The notes under the pieces were generated by a model. That model made no database searches and was not told the origin of the DNA. It saw only the letters and a program-made list of their open reading frames with translations. A DNA stretch of 64,000 bases from Malacoraja senta. Its lineage: Eukaryota. Position 1 is the stretch's first letter. Each line of letters starts with the position of its first letter. Positions 26,992 through 40,599 of this stretch are shown piece by piece. The position numbers were made by a program, and so were the translations under genes. The stretch spans positions 3,100,001 to 3,164,000 of the forward strand of contig CM075984.1 of assembly GCA_038087875.1 (NCBI GenBank). The letters are read 5' to 3'.

Positions 26992-27270
26992 GCAGCGGTA
27001 GAGTTGCTGCCTTACAGCGCCAGAGACCCAGATTTGATCCTGATTATGGGTGCTGTCTGTACGGAGCTTGTACATTCTCCCTGCGACTGCGTGGGGTTTC
27101 TCCGAGTGCTCCAGTTTCCTCCCACACTACAAAAACATATTGGGTTGTAGGTTAACTGGCTTCGGTAACAATTGTAAATATTCCCTAGTGTGTAGGATAG
27201 TGCTAGTGTACGGGGTTATTACTGGTCGGCACGGACTCGGTAGGCCGAAGGACCTGTTTCGGTGAAGTCT
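26992..27270 (+). mobile_element. HE1-type SINE
   Basis: GCAGCGGTAGAGTTGCTGCC head; similar to the copy at 53319. Confidence 0.78.
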
Positions 27271-27669
27271 AAAGTCTGGAGAACAGTCCCCACACAAAAC
27301 GTCATCTGTCCATTCCCTTCACGGATGCTGCCTAACCCACTGAGTTCCAACAGCATTCTGTGTTTTAGCAGATTGCATGCTGTTGCAGTAGCAAACAGTA
27401 TCATTGGACTCCTTAATCCAGAAACCATTTTGGTAACATATTTCCCAGAAGCTGATAATCAGAACTATTCCCTGCAAATTGCTTCAGAATGTTATTCACA
27501 TTAATCTCTTTATCACCATACAAGCCTTTATCTTTTAACTTAGATTTTTCTTGGTCGCTGGATGCTGTTGGAAGGTTCATTGGTTTTCCAGATTGGTCTT
27601 ATACATTTACTTACTTTAAATTTTGAAACTGATGCACCATTTATGTTTTTTTTTCTATTTTTGCCATGG

Positions 27670-28143
27670 AGGCAAATTCCCTGGATGTTTTCAAGAGAGA
27701 GTTAGATTTAGCTCTTAGAACGAAGGGAATCAAGGGATATGGGGAAAAAGCCGGAAAGGGCTAAGAATAAGAATAAGATTAAGAATAAGGAGTAAGCCAT
27801 TTAGAACGGAGACGAGGAAACACTTTTTCTCACAGAGAGTGGTGAGTGTTGAATTCTCTGCCTCGGAGGGCGGTGGAGGCAGGTTCAAGAGAGAGCTAGA
27901 TAGGGCTCTTAAAAATAGCGGTCAGTGGATATGGGGAGAAGGCAGGAACGGGGTACTGATTGGGGATGATCAGCCATGATCACATTGAATGGCGGTGCTG
28001 GCTCGAAGGGCCGAATGGCCTACTCCTGCACCTATTGTCTATTGGGGTACTGATTTTGGATGATTAGCCATGATCATATTGAATGGCGGTGCTGGCTCGA
28101 AGTGCCGAATGGCCTATTATTGCACCTATTTTCTATGTTTCTA
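27670..28143 (+). mobile_element. Nested CR1 3' ends
   Basis: One CR1 3' UTR inside another; both tail types present. Confidence 0.75.
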
Positions 28144-28842
28144 TGAAACAACACTGACTAAACAATCAAATGGGGCAATTCCAGAGCTAAGTGTGCAGGC
28201 AAGGCAGGGATTCGCCTGCATTTCCTCCACCTGGTCTATTACATATGGTGCTCTCGGTGGCTTCTTCCACATCAGTGATACCTATTGCAGACTAGGTACC
28301 TGTACTTTATCTGGCATTTCCACCTGGAGCACCCAGTTGCTCACTATTTAAATTCCCCATCCCTTTCCCACACTGGCCTATCCATCCTCAGCTTCCTCCA
28401 CCTCTAGGGTGAGACAAAATGAAAACTAGAAGAACAGCACTCCATATTCTGCCTGGGCAGCATACAGCTTAGTGGCATGAACATTGAATTCTGCAATTTC
28501 AGGTAACCTGCTCTCCAACTGTCCCTTTCTCCCTCCTGATCTTCCCAGATCCCTTCCACACATTGTTTTCACCCACACTTCCCAGCCCACTATCACCCAG
28601 TTTCTTCCCCCTCCCATCCATTCTTTCTATCCATTACCCCATATTCCACCCACGTTGTCCCGTCCCCTCTGCCAACTGCCCATTGTATCTCCCTTACTTT
28701 TTTCCATGATTCACCTTCCTTTCCTATCACAGCCCTTTGTCGTATCCAGCTATGACCTCCCAGCTTCTGTTGCTATTTCCACACTTCCCTCCTCACCTGG
28801 ATCCACCTGTTGGCTCCTACCCTACCAAACCCCCACATTTTT

Positions 28843-28972
28843 ATGTAGGAAGGAACCGCAGATGCTGGTTTAAACCGAAGATAGACTCAAAAAGCTGGAG
28901 TAACTCAGCGGGACAGGCAGCATCTCTGGAGAGAAGGGATGGGTGACGCTTTGGGTCATGACCCTCCTTCAG
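28843..28972 (-). mobile_element. Solo PLE pLTR
   Basis: GTAGGAAGGAACCGCAGATGCTGG terminus; decayed hammerhead motif. Confidence 0.7.
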
Positions 28973-29493
28973 GCTCCAAACTACCACAGTGACATCTGTT
29001 AATATAAGATCCTCTCTCTGCTTAGCAAGTAGAGACATCGATGAGCTTTTTCTTTGTGATTGCATTGATGTGCTATGCTGAGCCCAGGACAGATTTGCAG
29101 AGAATATTGAAAAATATATTAAGTGTGTGTAAATGCTGTGGTGAAAGTGGTCAGTTTGACTCTCTCCACTGCCATACCAGGTTTGTAGATCCCTGGCATT
29201 GCCCTCGCGAAGTTTCGAGCAAGATTGTTGTTCTGGCACTATTCAATCAGATTTTCTTATACTCTGACTCACTTATCCGCTATTCATCCAATAACAATGG
29301 TATCGTCAGCAGATTTAAAGATGGTGTTGGAATTGTATCTAGCTACAGTGTCACAGGTATAGTGAGAGAAGAGCAGGGGACTGAGCGCACAGCCTTGAGG
29401 TGCTCCTGTGTTGATGCTTGTGGTCTTCCAGTAAAAAAAATCACTGATCCAATTACATAGGCATGAGCAGGGATCCAGTTCTCTGAGTTAGAT

Positions 29494-29706
29494 GTGTAGA
29501 GAGGAACTGCAGATGCTGGTTTAAACCGAAGGTAGACACAAAAAGCTGGAGTAACTCAGTGGGACAGGCAGCATCTCTGGGAGAGAAGGAATGGGTGACG
29601 TTTCGAGTCGAGTCTGAAGAAGGGTCTCGACCATAAACGTCATCCATTCCTTCTCTCCAAAGATGCTGCCTGTCCCGCTGAGTTACTCCAGCATTTTGTG
29701 CCTATC
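29494..29706 (-). mobile_element. PLE pLTR fold-back insertion within a Rex1 relic
   Basis: Perfect 15-bp TSD TTCTCTGAGTTAGAT; inverted arms. Confidence 0.85.
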
Positions 29707-29833
29707 TTCTCTGAGTTAGATTGTCTGTTTGGGAGGGGTGATGGTGTTGAACATTGAGCTGTAGTCGATGAACTATAGGTGTATGCTGCCTAGGGAATAA
29801 AAATAATTTGTTTTATTTTGTGACAACTTTCAG

Positions 29834-30017
29834 GTTGCTGCTGGTGAAAAACTTCCAATGTCACAGGAAGAACTTTCTTTCAAAGGTCACGCATTTGAGG
29901 CAAGAATTTATGCTGAAGATCCAGACAATAACTTTATGCCAGGAGCCGGCCCTCTCCTGCATTTGTCAACACCTGCACCAGATGCTTCTATAAGAATTGA
30001 GACTGGAGTCAGACAAG
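29834..30017 (+). CDS. MCCC1: MCCC1 coding exon (~exon 11)
   Basis: ttcag|GTT...CAAG|gtattg; 184 nt; [30 protein letters not shown]...RIETGVRQ. Confidence 0.97.
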
Positions 30018-30166
30018 GTATTGGGAATGCACAAATACTGCCTGACTTCAATGTTTCCTGCACATTGTCATTGTTATACAATATTGTAAGTCCCTCTTAA
30101 GTAATATTTTTATTCTTGAAGATAGATTCTTTCTATTGATTTTCATATACTTTCATTTTTATTTAG

Positions 30167-30276
30167 GTGATGAAGTTTCAGTGCATTATGATCCAATGAT
30201 TGCTAAACTGGTGGTTTGGGGAGATGATCGTACGGCAGCATTAAATAAATTAAGATACTGTTTGCGTCAGTACAAT
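30167..30276 (+). CDS. MCCC1: MCCC1 coding exon (~exon 12)
   Basis: tttag|GT...AAT|gtaagt; 110 nt; [36 protein letters not shown]. Confidence 0.97.
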
Positions 30277-30562
30277 GTAAGTACTTTGGCAGTATATGCT
30301 GTGAGACAGTGCCTTGGCAATTGGTACATGTTCATTTATCTCTGCTAGGGGAAGATAATTTAGTATGAGGAGTCAATTATACAAACTTCATTGTTCACAC
30401 TGGGGTTTTAAAAGGAAGAAGAAGAATAACTTCATCATGATCCTCTCAAATTTGTTATCAATGGATCACATTTCTATCCCGTTTTCATTGCATAGCAACT
30501 AAGTATGAACTCTGAAGGACACTGGTTAGTGTTGCCAAAAAGGACAGTAGATTCCAAAGCAT

Positions 30563-31192
30563 GTTTAGTTTAGTTTGGAGATACAGCATGGAAGCAGGCC
30601 CTTCAGCCCCCGCACATTTACACTACCCTACACACACTATGGACAAATTTACATTTATACTATGCCAATTAACCTACATGCCTGTACATCTTTGGAGTGT
30701 GGGAGGAATCCCAAGATCTCGGAGAAAACCCACGCAGGTCACAGGGAGAACGTACAAACTCCGTACAGACAGCATCCGTAGTCAGGATCAAACCTGGGTA
30801 TCTGGTGCTGTAAGGCAGTAGCTCTACTGTTACGCCCCCCACTTAAAGCCATTTTGATGCATAACTTAGCAACTATAACAACTCGGGCAGCATGGTAGCG
30901 CAGCTGATAAAGCCGCTGCTTCACAAGGCCAGAGATCCCGATACGATCCTGACCTGGGGTGCTCTCTATGTGGAGTTGGCATTCTCCCTGTGACCGCGTG
31001 GGTCTTCTCTGGGTGCTCTGGTTTTCTTTCACATCCCAAAGACATGTGGGTTTGTAGGTTAATTGGCTTCTGCAAAATTTCCCCCAGTGTATAGGGTATG
31101 GATGAGAAAGTGGGATAACATAGAACCAGTGTGAATGAGTGATCAAATGTTAGTGTGGGTGCATTGGGCCGAAGAGCCTGTTCCTTTAAACT
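30563..31192. mobile_element. Two head-to-head HE1-type SINEs (minus ~30563-30836, plus ~30885-31192)
   Basis: tRNA-like heads facing each other; shared GTTTGTAGGTTAATTGGC core. Confidence 0.72.
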
Positions 31193-31732
31193 ACGATAGC
31201 TATACTATATATTTATTATTCCATGTCTCAGACAGACATAATTTACTGGCTCGTTTATCAAATTTCTTGAACATGCTTCGTGTTGTAAAACTTTATTACT
31301 TTTTTAAAATAAATCCTCTGCGATCAAGGATAAAAATGAAAAGAATTAACCCCCAGGAAGTGCTGATATAGATTCACCTATTCTTTTGTTTACTGATTTA
31401 TAAGCCGGTGGTATTTGAATTTTATGGCTTAAGAAGTTGATGTAGAATATTCAGCAGTTTTATATTTCCACATGTGCATGATTGGTATAGTATGTCATTC
31501 CTGGCGATATGCCATTCTAAAATTAGAGTAGACACCTCATGAGAAATTTGTGGACTGAAGTTTGTTGTCCATTCAAGGGCTTCTGACTGACATGGTAAGT
31601 ATTTGCCTTTTGTAGATTACTGGTATCAACTTGCTGATAACGAGGCCTTACTACTGACAGTGTCTTTCTTGATGTAATGATGTCACGTCTGAAGGCTAGA
31701 ACAAGCCCACCAACAAAACAGCTTAAATAAAA

Positions 31733-31827
31733 TGTGTAGGAAGGAACTGCAGATGCTGGTTTAAACCGAAGATGGACACAAAATGCAGGAGTAATTTACT
31801 ACAGCTTTTTGTGTCTATCTTTTCGGA
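31733..31827 (-). mobile_element. Short PLE pLTR fold-back insertion lacking the ribozyme segment
   Basis: TSD CTTAAATAAAA; short inverted arms. Confidence 0.72.
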
Positions 31828-32482
31828 CTTAAATAAAACTTAAATAATGTTTAAAACTTTGTTATGCTCGGTAAGTCTCACTCAATGTCTTAGTTGGCAG
31901 TTAAACCTTGGCTTGAATATTTCTGAAAGTCATACAGAAGGTCATACCAAAAGTCAGTGAAATAATTTTTTTTTAATGTTTTTTTAAACCAAAAATACGT
32001 AAACAAACGTTTTAAAAATAATGTAAACCATTTTGGTAAGTCCATTTATCTGGACATTTTCAATTGAGGAGGACTGGACAAACTGACCCTTTGTATCCAA
32101 GAGCAACATTGATCTCAAAGCTTTTGGGTCCTTTGCATCTCTGGTCAGAAACTTTAAAACAAACTCAAATCAATCTTAAAAGTTCAGTGTTTTATTAATT
32201 AAAAATATTACAATAAATTAACCCACCTGTACTTTTTCATAGAAGTTGGATCTGCAAATACATTGTTTTTATTTATGTAAACTATTGCTGTTCTCATGTA
32301 GCACCTTCATTTGAACAAATGGGACCACTGCTTGTATGCCATCCATAGAACATAGCACAGGAACAGGACCTACCAAACAGGACAGGAACAAGCCCCTGCC
32401 AAACATTTTGTCAAGATAAACTAATTTCTCTGCCTGCACATGATCCATATCCCTCCATTCCCTGCATATCCATGTTCCTATT

Positions 32483-32711
32483 CAGGGCTGTCTTAACAGC
32501 ATTATAGGCCCCCGGGCAAAGCAGTACACTGGGGCCCCTACACTTCCAGTTTCTTTACGCCGAATCAAATATGCCGTCATGCACTTGCGATGTTCTTCTC
32601 CGTTTTCATGTTCTACAATAACATTCTACAATACATAGATTAGCATGGGGCCCCTGTGCTGGTGGGGCCCCGGGCAACTGCCCAGCGTGCCCATGCGTTA
32701 AGACGGCCCTG
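32483..32711. mobile_element. hAT-like MITE
   Basis: TIR CAGGGCTGTCTTAAC / GTTAAGACGGCCCTG; internal GGGGCCCC motifs; TSD degenerate. Confidence 0.72.
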
Positions 32712-33139
32712 TGCCTCTCTAGAAGCCTCTTAAACGTCACAATGCCATCTGCCTCCACCATCACCCTGGCAGCGCGTTCTAGGTACCTGCCACCCTCTGT
32801 GTACCAAAACATGCCACGTGCCTCTCTCACTTTAAGGCTGTGCCCTCCAGTATTTTACATTTCTACCCCCGGGAAAAAGGTTCTGACTGTCCATGTTTCT
32901 TATAATTTTACATTGATCTCCCCTCAGCCTCTGATTTCCAGAGAAAACAATCCAAGTTTGGCCCACTCTCCTTGTAGCTAATAGCCCCTAATCCAGACAG
33001 TACTCTGGTAAAACTCTTCTCCACCCTTTCCAAAGTATCCACATTCTTTCCATAATCAATCGACAGGACTGCACACAATACTCCAACTGCAGCCTAACCC
33101 AAGTCTTTTAAACCTGCAATATGACTTCCTGACTCTTAT

Positions 33140-33362
33140 GTGTAGGAAAGAACTGCAGATGCTGGTTTAAATCGAAGGTAAACACAAAATGCTGGAGTAA
33201 CTCAGGGGGACAAACAGCATTTCTGGAGAGAAGGAATGGATGACGTTTCGGGTCGAGACCCTTCTTCAGACTGAAAAAGGGTCTTGACCCGAAACATCAT
33301 GCATTGCTTCTCTCCAGAGATGCTGCTTGTCCCGCTGAGTTACTCCAACATTTTGTGTCTAC
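33140..33362 (-). mobile_element. PLE pLTR fold-back insertion with back-to-back hammerhead motifs
   Basis: TSD CTTCCTGACT; ~95-bp inverted arms. Confidence 0.85.
33242..33269 (-). ncRNA. Minimal type I hammerhead ribozyme motif (best-preserved copy)
   Basis: Minus strand CTGAAGA-A-GGGT-CTCG-ACCC-GAAAC-GTC. Confidence 0.75.
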
Positions 33363-34771
33363 CTTCCTGACTTGTATACTCAGTACACTGACCTACCAAA
33401 GTATGCATTCCATAAGCCTTCTTCACCATTGTTTACTTATGTTGCCACTTTTAGAGAGCTATGGACTTGGACCCCAAGATCTTCTATACTTCATGCCATT
33501 AACTTTATATTTTCCCCTTCTGTTTGACCTCCTAAAGTGTAGCACCTCACATTTACTCAGATTAAACTCTATCTGCCTTTTCTCTAACCATTTCTGTAGC
33601 TGATCTATATCCCACTGGATATTTTGACAGCCTTCATCACGATTCACAACTCCAGCATTCTAGATGTTGTCAGCAAACTTACTAACCAACCCATCTACAT
33701 TTATGTCCAAGTTTTTTTTGTACATATCACAAACAGCAGCAGTCACACCACAGATCTCTGTGGAACTCCACTGGTCACAGACCAGCCAGAATAATACCGT
33801 TCCATAATAGCCCTCTATCTGCTATAAGTAAGTCAGTTCTGAATCCATACGATAAAGTCAGAGTGAGTTTCATGCCTTTCAATCTTCTGGATTAGTTTAC
33901 CATGGGGGACTTCATCCAATGCCTTACTAACATCCATGTAGACAATATCCACCGCCCTATCCTCATTGATCACCTTTGTCACTTCCTCAAAGTAAGATAA
34001 GACCTGTACGAAGCAATACTAACTGTCCTGAATTAGCCCATTCTGTTCCAAATTGGAATAAATCCTATCCTGAAAAATCCACTCCTATAGCTTCCCTACC
34101 ACTGATGTGAAAATCACCTGCTATAATTCCCTGAGCTACTTCCATTCTAAAACAAAGGAACAATATTAGCCGCTATCCAGTCCTCCAAGACCTCGCTTAT
34201 AACCAAAGAAGATGCAAAGATCTTTGTCAAGACCCCTTGCAATCTCCTCTCCTGCTTCTCTTAATAATCTGGCATATATCCCATCAAACCTTGAAGATTT
34301 ATGCACCTTAATGCTCTTCCAGAGCCTCAACAACACCTCTTTCTTGATCTCAAACTTTCATATTAGTACTCTCCACACTGATCTCACTGACCTCCATGTC
34401 CTTCTCCTTAGTGAATACGGATGAAAAGTACTAATTTAGTACCTGGCCTACATCCTCTGATTCCAAGCTTAAATTCACTCCTTTGTTCTTGAAACATCCT
34501 ACCTTCTCCCTGGATAATATGTACATTACATTTAATGTACATATCAAAAGCCCTGGGATTTTCTGATTTCCTGAAACTCACCAACGACATTTTATGGCCC
34601 CTTTTGACCTTTCTAATCACCTGCTTGAGTTCTTTCCTATTTGCATTGTATTCCTGAAAGGCCATGTCTGATATCATCTTCTTACGTACACTTCCTTTCT
34701 TTTGACCAAGTTTACAACCTCTTTGATCATTTAACTTTAACATACATTGTCATCCATATCCCTCCTCCTTC

Positions 34772-35325
34772 AGGGCCTGTCCCACTGCTGCGACCTAATT
34801 GGCGCGTTTAGAAGAGTTTAGGAGAGTTTGAAAAAGTGTCATGCTGAAAACCTCCTTCGACTATGTAGAAGAGAAGACCTCCTTCGACTATGTTGAAGAC
34901 TAGTTTCGACTATCTTCTGGAAAATTGGACCAAATAGTGGACCTTCTTCGACCTCCTTCGATCTTCTTTGACCTCCCTTCGACTATGATGAAGACTATCT
35001 ACGACTACTTTCGACTACCTTTGACTATCCTCGATTATCTACGAATAACATGCCGACCTACTACGACCTACTTCGACTAAACCTACGAGTAAAAAAAATA
35101 TAGTTTTTTTTCCATGGCGACCTTTTTTTACTCGCGGGCATTTTTCAGCATGTTGAAAAATACGCAGCGACCTAGCTGAGGCCTCGAGTATACAGGGACT
35201 AGTCTCGAGCATGACGGAGAGTTACAAAGACCTCCTAGGACCTCGTGTCGACCATGCTGCGAGTATGAGTCGAGGGCAAACTCTTCTAAACTCAACAATT
35301 AGGTCGCCGCAGTGGGACAGGCCCT
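34772..35325. mobile_element. Harbinger-like MITE, family A
   Basis: ~45-bp TIR starting AGGGCCTGTCCCACTGC; internal CGACTA/CGACCT repeats; TSD imperfect. Confidence 0.75.
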
Positions 35326-37786
35326 TAATGAGAACATGCCCATCCTGAACTTTGATTAACTGGCCTTTAAATGAATCCTTCGTCAGTTGCGGATTTACAG
35401 AACAATAACTGCTCACAATTTACTCTCCCTAGCTCTTGTTAATCATGTTCAAGTCTGTCTTACTCTAATTCAGATCCCTCCCCAAAGGTCCAACGTCTTT
35501 ATTGAGGACAATGTTTAAACTTAAAGAGTTGTGATCACTATCTCCAAGGTGTTCTTTGACTGCAACATCAGTTGCCTGGCTAGGCTCGCTTTCCCAATAC
35601 TAGGTCCAATATGGTCCATTCTCGAGTTGGACTATCTACATACTACTTTAGGAATTCCACTTGGATACATCTAATAAATTCTCTCCCATCTGTCTTTTGC
35701 AATGAGTAAGTCCTAGGCAATATTGGTGGTTAAAGTCGCCCTCTAAGACAATTCTGCTACTTTTGTATCCTTCTGTAATTTGACTACATATCTGTTGCTC
35801 CATCTCCCGCAGGCTATTGGGGCCCACAGTACAATCCCACTAGAATGAGTGCATTTTTCTTACATTTGAGTTCTACTCTTATCGCCTCAGTGGATGAACC
35901 CTCCAGTATGGCCTTTCTGAGAGCCGTTGTGACATTTCCCCTGATTGGCAGAGCAACCACCCCACCTCTTTTACCTCCCTCCATCATATTTTCCTTAACT
36001 TCTCCACATGTCCTACCTTTGAGGCTTACTTCTCCTTCCCACCACCTTCCCATCTTCTCATCAGTCCTTTCATTTGTTGACCTTCTACTCTGCTTCCCAC
36101 CCCTCTCCCCCATTTCAAATTCTTCTAAGTATGTCTAGCCTGAAACCCTGCCCCCTACACCAACACCTGTGCCACATATTCATCTGTCCGAATAACCTGT
36201 TCTCCGATTAACCTCACTGGCACATGGCATCGGGAGTAATTTGAGGATTTCTATCCTCGAGGACCTCCATTTTATCCTTTTGTCAAGATGGTTTCCTAAT
36301 TTATTCACTCGGCAGGACCTCATCACCCTTTTCAACCTCTGTCATTTGTGCCAATGACTTCTGGTAGCTTACCCTCCCCTGCGACTGCAAATGTTCTGCA
36401 GTTGTTCCGAAACATCCTGGGCCCTGGCACCAGGGAGGTAATAACCCTCGAGGAATCTCATTTGCTGCCACAGAATTTGCCTGTTGCCCGGATTAGCAAG
36501 TCTCCTATCATCATCATTCTGCCCAATTTCACCTAGCCCTGCTGTGCCTCAGAGCCAAGTCTGGTACCACAGACCTGACTGCTGCTGCTGTCCCCTGGTG
36601 GATCATCCCTAACCACCCTATACAAATGTTGTATTTTTAAGGGGAATGGCCACAAAGAATACCTGCACTCTCTGCCTAGTCCCTTTCCTGGTCCTTAGAT
36701 GTGACCACCTCTCTACAATTCCTACCCATCACCCTCTCAAACCAACCAAATGAGCATCTCCATTTCTGTAACTGTCTTTAAGAAGATGCAGCCAGGGCAC
36801 ACTTCCCACTGGACGTCTCCCTGAATTCCCACATCCTGCAGGAGGAGCACTCCATCATCCTACCTGCCATCTCTGCTGCACAAAGCAGATGCAACGTACT
36901 CTGGTGAGTCCGGTGGTGGAGCAGGTGGTCAGATGACCTGACAAATGACGACCTCAGATTCAGCATTGTGTGAACGCCTGAGAGGTGCCAATGCTTGAAT
37001 AGGTAGCAACTGGTTCCCTGTGGACTCTTCAGCTGCTAATTCAGTTTGACCTATTAAATTGTTTGTTCTGGTATAAACAAGTACTATTTTTTTAATACTG
37101 AAATATTACATCAAATCAATTATAGTAAATAAATAAATAGTTTGATTTATCAAAGTGAATCACTATACAAAAATGTGGATTTTAGTAACACGTTTCCCCT
37201 CTACACCACTCCGAACGTCGTTTATTATTTGCCTGTACTTATTTGCAGGAAACGACCTAGACTCAGAAATGGGGTGGATTTTTTAAGTTCTCATTTAAAA
37301 TTGACTCAAATAAGAATAAAAATAACAATAATCATCTACATGGAAAGGCTTGAACAGATCTTAAATAGGTTGAGATATTTTAAAGATCAGATTACTGTAC
37401 AAAGCCTGTTTGTCAGTAGCATTGTATCTGAATGTTTGAAATTTATGCTGGTTATGAACATCTATAATCTTAATAATTTGTAAAAAAGTGATTACACCCA
37501 CATTTCCTCTTTGTGAATGGACCTAGAAATACAAAGTTTGTCCCTAGACATTTTTAATATGGAATATAACTCTTTAATATAATCATTTTATATTTTAAAC
37601 TAAGATTGGACATTGATTATATTCATGCAAACTATTCCTGCTATAATTTACCATTATTTATAAATTAAGTGGGAAGTCCATCATTTTGAATTTGAGACAT
37701 CATTTCAAATCCCGTTTTGAGAATGGCCAACTGGAGGTTCTGGATGTATAAGTTCATTCAATTTTGATTGATTTTGTTTTTGACAG

Positions 37787-38003
37787 ATTGTAGGTTTAAG
37801 CACAAACATAAATTTCTTGTTCAACCTGGCTGCTCATCCTGAATTTGAGGCGGGAAATGTCCACACAAATTTTATCCCTCAGCACTCTGATGGACTGTTC
37901 CCAGCAAAGGAAGCTACAAGTAAAATTGCTCTCTGTCAGGCCACTCTTGCTTTAATTCTACAAGAAAGAATTCAAACAAACACTTTCAAAGCACTTTCAC
38001 ATG
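37787..38003 (+). CDS. MCCC1: MCCC1 coding exon (~exon 13)
   Basis: gacag|ATT...CATG|gtaaga; 217 nt; IVGLSTNINFLFNLAAHPEFEAGNVHTNFIPQH... Confidence 0.95.
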
Positions 38004-38091
38004 GTAAGAACATCTTGTAATTTTCCTGTTTAAACTTGCACAAGACTTGAGCATGCTCACAGATTTAATTATTTTCTCAATTATTTTATAG

Positions 38092-38178
38092 ATCCATTTT
38101 CCCCATTTGCGGACAGCAGTGGAAGAAGGTTAAATATTCTGTACAGGCGAAATCTGACATTGATTGAAGGACAGAATA
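38092..38178 (+). CDS. MCCC1: MCCC1 coding exon (~exon 14)
   Basis: tatag|AT...AATA|gtgagt; 87 nt; [29 protein letters not shown]. Confidence 0.93.
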
Positions 38179-38802
38179 GTGAGTAATATCTGCTGGGCAT
38201 GGGTTCTGTATCTCAAATCTTGTATTATCATTTTTGCTTTTAATTTTCAAAAGTTTGAGTAGGCTGGAACTCTATTCCTTGGAGCACAGGAGGATGGGGG
38301 GTGATCTTATAGAGACGTATAAAATCATGAGAGAAATAGATCGGGTAGATGCACAGAGCCCCTTGCCCAGATTGGTAAATCGAGGACCATAGGTTTAAGG
38401 TGAAGGGGAAAAGAATCTGAGGGGTAACTTTTTCACACTTTTTCTCACAGAGAGTGGTAAGTCTGTGGAATTCACTGCCTCAGAGGGCGGTGGAGGCAGG
38501 TTCTCTGGATGCTTTCAAGAGAGAGCTAGATAGGGCTCTTAAAAATAGCGGAATCAGGGGATATGGGGAGAAGGCAGGAACGGGGTACTGATTGGGGATG
38601 ATCAGCCATGATCACATTGAATGGCTCAAAGGGCCGAATGGCCTACTCCTGCACCTATTGTCTATTATCTATTGACAAAATATTGAACAAAGGGTGGTGG
38701 GTGTATGGAACAAGCTGCCAGAGGAGGTAGTTGAGGCAGGGACTATCCCAACGTTTATGAACCAGTTAGACAGGTACATGGATAGGACAGGTTTAGAGGG
38801 AT

Positions 38803-39537
38803 ATAATAATAATAATAATAATAACTTTATTTATAAAGCACTTTAAACAACCACAGTTGCCACAAAGTGCTGTACATGAGAAATCACGAACAAAAAGCTA
38901 TTACAAACAATTAAAAACCATTAAAAACCGTAAAACGAAGGACTATAAAAAACACACTAAAAATTAAAAGACATTAAAAGCACTAAAAACAGGGGCAATG
39001 CCTCAGCCAGTGTCGAAAGCCAAAGAATAAAAATATGTTTTTAGGGAGGATTTGAAGATGGACAGTGAGGGGGCCTGTCTGATGTGCAGCGGCAAGGTGT
39101 TCCAGAGTGCCGGAGCAGCAACAGAAAAAGCTCTATCCCCTCTGAGCTTCTGCTTAGACCTTGGTACCTCAAGGAGCAGCTGATCAGCTGACCTGAGGCA
39201 CCGGGCAGGAGCATATAGGTGGAGCAGCTCAGAGAGGTAAGGCGGGGCGAGCCCATTCAAGAATTTAAAAACAAATAAAAGAATTTTGAAATGAACTCGA
39301 AAGTGCACTGGGAGCCAGTGTAGGGAGGCCAAAATTGGCGTAATGTGCTCCCTCTTTCGAGTTCCAGTCAAAAGGCGAGCGGCAGCATTTTGAACAAGCT
39401 GGAGGCGAGCCAATGAAGCTCGTGCGACTCCAGAGTAGAGTGCGTTACAGTAATCCAGCCTAGATGTAATAAAGGCATGGATTACTGTTTCAAAATGCTC
39501 CCGCTCGAGAATGGGCTTCACCTTTGTCAGCTTCCTT
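38803..39537 (-). mobile_element. L2-clade LINE 3' fragment inserted into a HER1/CR1 3' end (~38255-39652)
   Basis: IHAFITSRLDYCN...HWLPV; (TTA)n tail; the host CR1 3' UTR resumes after 39537. Confidence 0.85.
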
Positions 39538-40599
39538 AGGTGAACAAAATGCTGGCAGGTGGGACTAGTGTAGCTGGGACACATTGGACAGTGTGGGCAA
39601 GTTGGACCGAAGGGCCCGTTTCCATGCTGTATCACTCTACGATTCTATGACTATGAACATTTCTCGTTCCCTAAAAACAGAAATAGTAAAATGTACCTTA
39701 TAGTAGAAAAATTAGTTGCCTTCAAAATAGCTTTATTATTGAGAATTAATCTTGCAAGCACATTGTTTTCCTCTGATCTGCATGAATTTTTGAAATATGC
39801 CCTCATTTTATTTTTACTTTTTCTAATCTGCTCCAAACACCCAGTTTAAAAGTAGTAAGATTTTTTTTTAAATTAAAAATATCTTTTCTTATTTGGCTTT
39901 CAGGGTTAAACTACATTAAATACACACTCTTCAACTGAATTGCTACCCATCCAAAACAAATCTAACTGGATTTTACAGCCAAAAAAAAAGACTATTAAAG
40001 AAAAAATAAAGTTAAATTTACTTATTTAGTGACATTTCAAAACATTTGTGAATATCAGAAACAAAGACATTTTCAAAAACTATTAAAAGCATTATAAAAC
40101 ATTAAAAATTCAAGACAAACACAAATGAATTAAAACTGTTGAATTAAGATTAATCGTCCTTACTTATACATTGCAAATTGCATAAATTGCACAGAACTGA
40201 AATCCCATAAGTATTTCTGTTGCAGCGTGCAATCAGCAACATCCCAGATAATTTAAATCTCTGGATTTGCACACATGAATCCCAAATTTCATGACGTTCC
40301 TGGAAAATGCTTCAGTTCAGCCCAAAATTCTTGATTAATGCAATGACTGAACTTCCATGGCCCTCCACGTTAGAGTTTTGAAGATATTTGTTCATAAGTC
40401 GAGGAGAGCAGACATTTTGTGTGGCGAGAAGGCATTTTTGAAAAATTAGCGGGAGAGTGGAGAGAAAGCTTTGCTTTACATGAAAAGAGGCAATGTTCCA
40501 AATGAAGGAAGGCCAATTGAAAAGCAGATGTTTGAATGGCTGAGGAAGACAGCACCCAATAAAAGGTAGGGAAGGTGTAGACCTCTGGAAGATTCATGT

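Larger units (their letters stand above)
23300..27370. mobile_element. Old PLE with inverted 5' segment (minus ~23300-24010, plus ~24010-27370), invaded by CR1 and HE1
   Basis: pLTR/EN relic on the minus strand; RT (YIDG), EN and pLTR relics on the plus strand. Confidence 0.55.
32345..36960 (-). mobile_element. Long, heavily decayed HER1/CR1 LINE hosting three younger insertions
   Basis: 3' UTR at ~32345, RT and EN relics, ORF1 CSSCRMWEFRE at ~36800-36860. Confidence 0.7.

Noticed and set aside
33140-33362. Integrated viroid-like genome (rod with hammerheads of both polarities)
   Set aside because: The arms are simple inverted copies of a PLE terminal repeat with a TSD, and junctions differ among copies; retrotransposition explains it more simply
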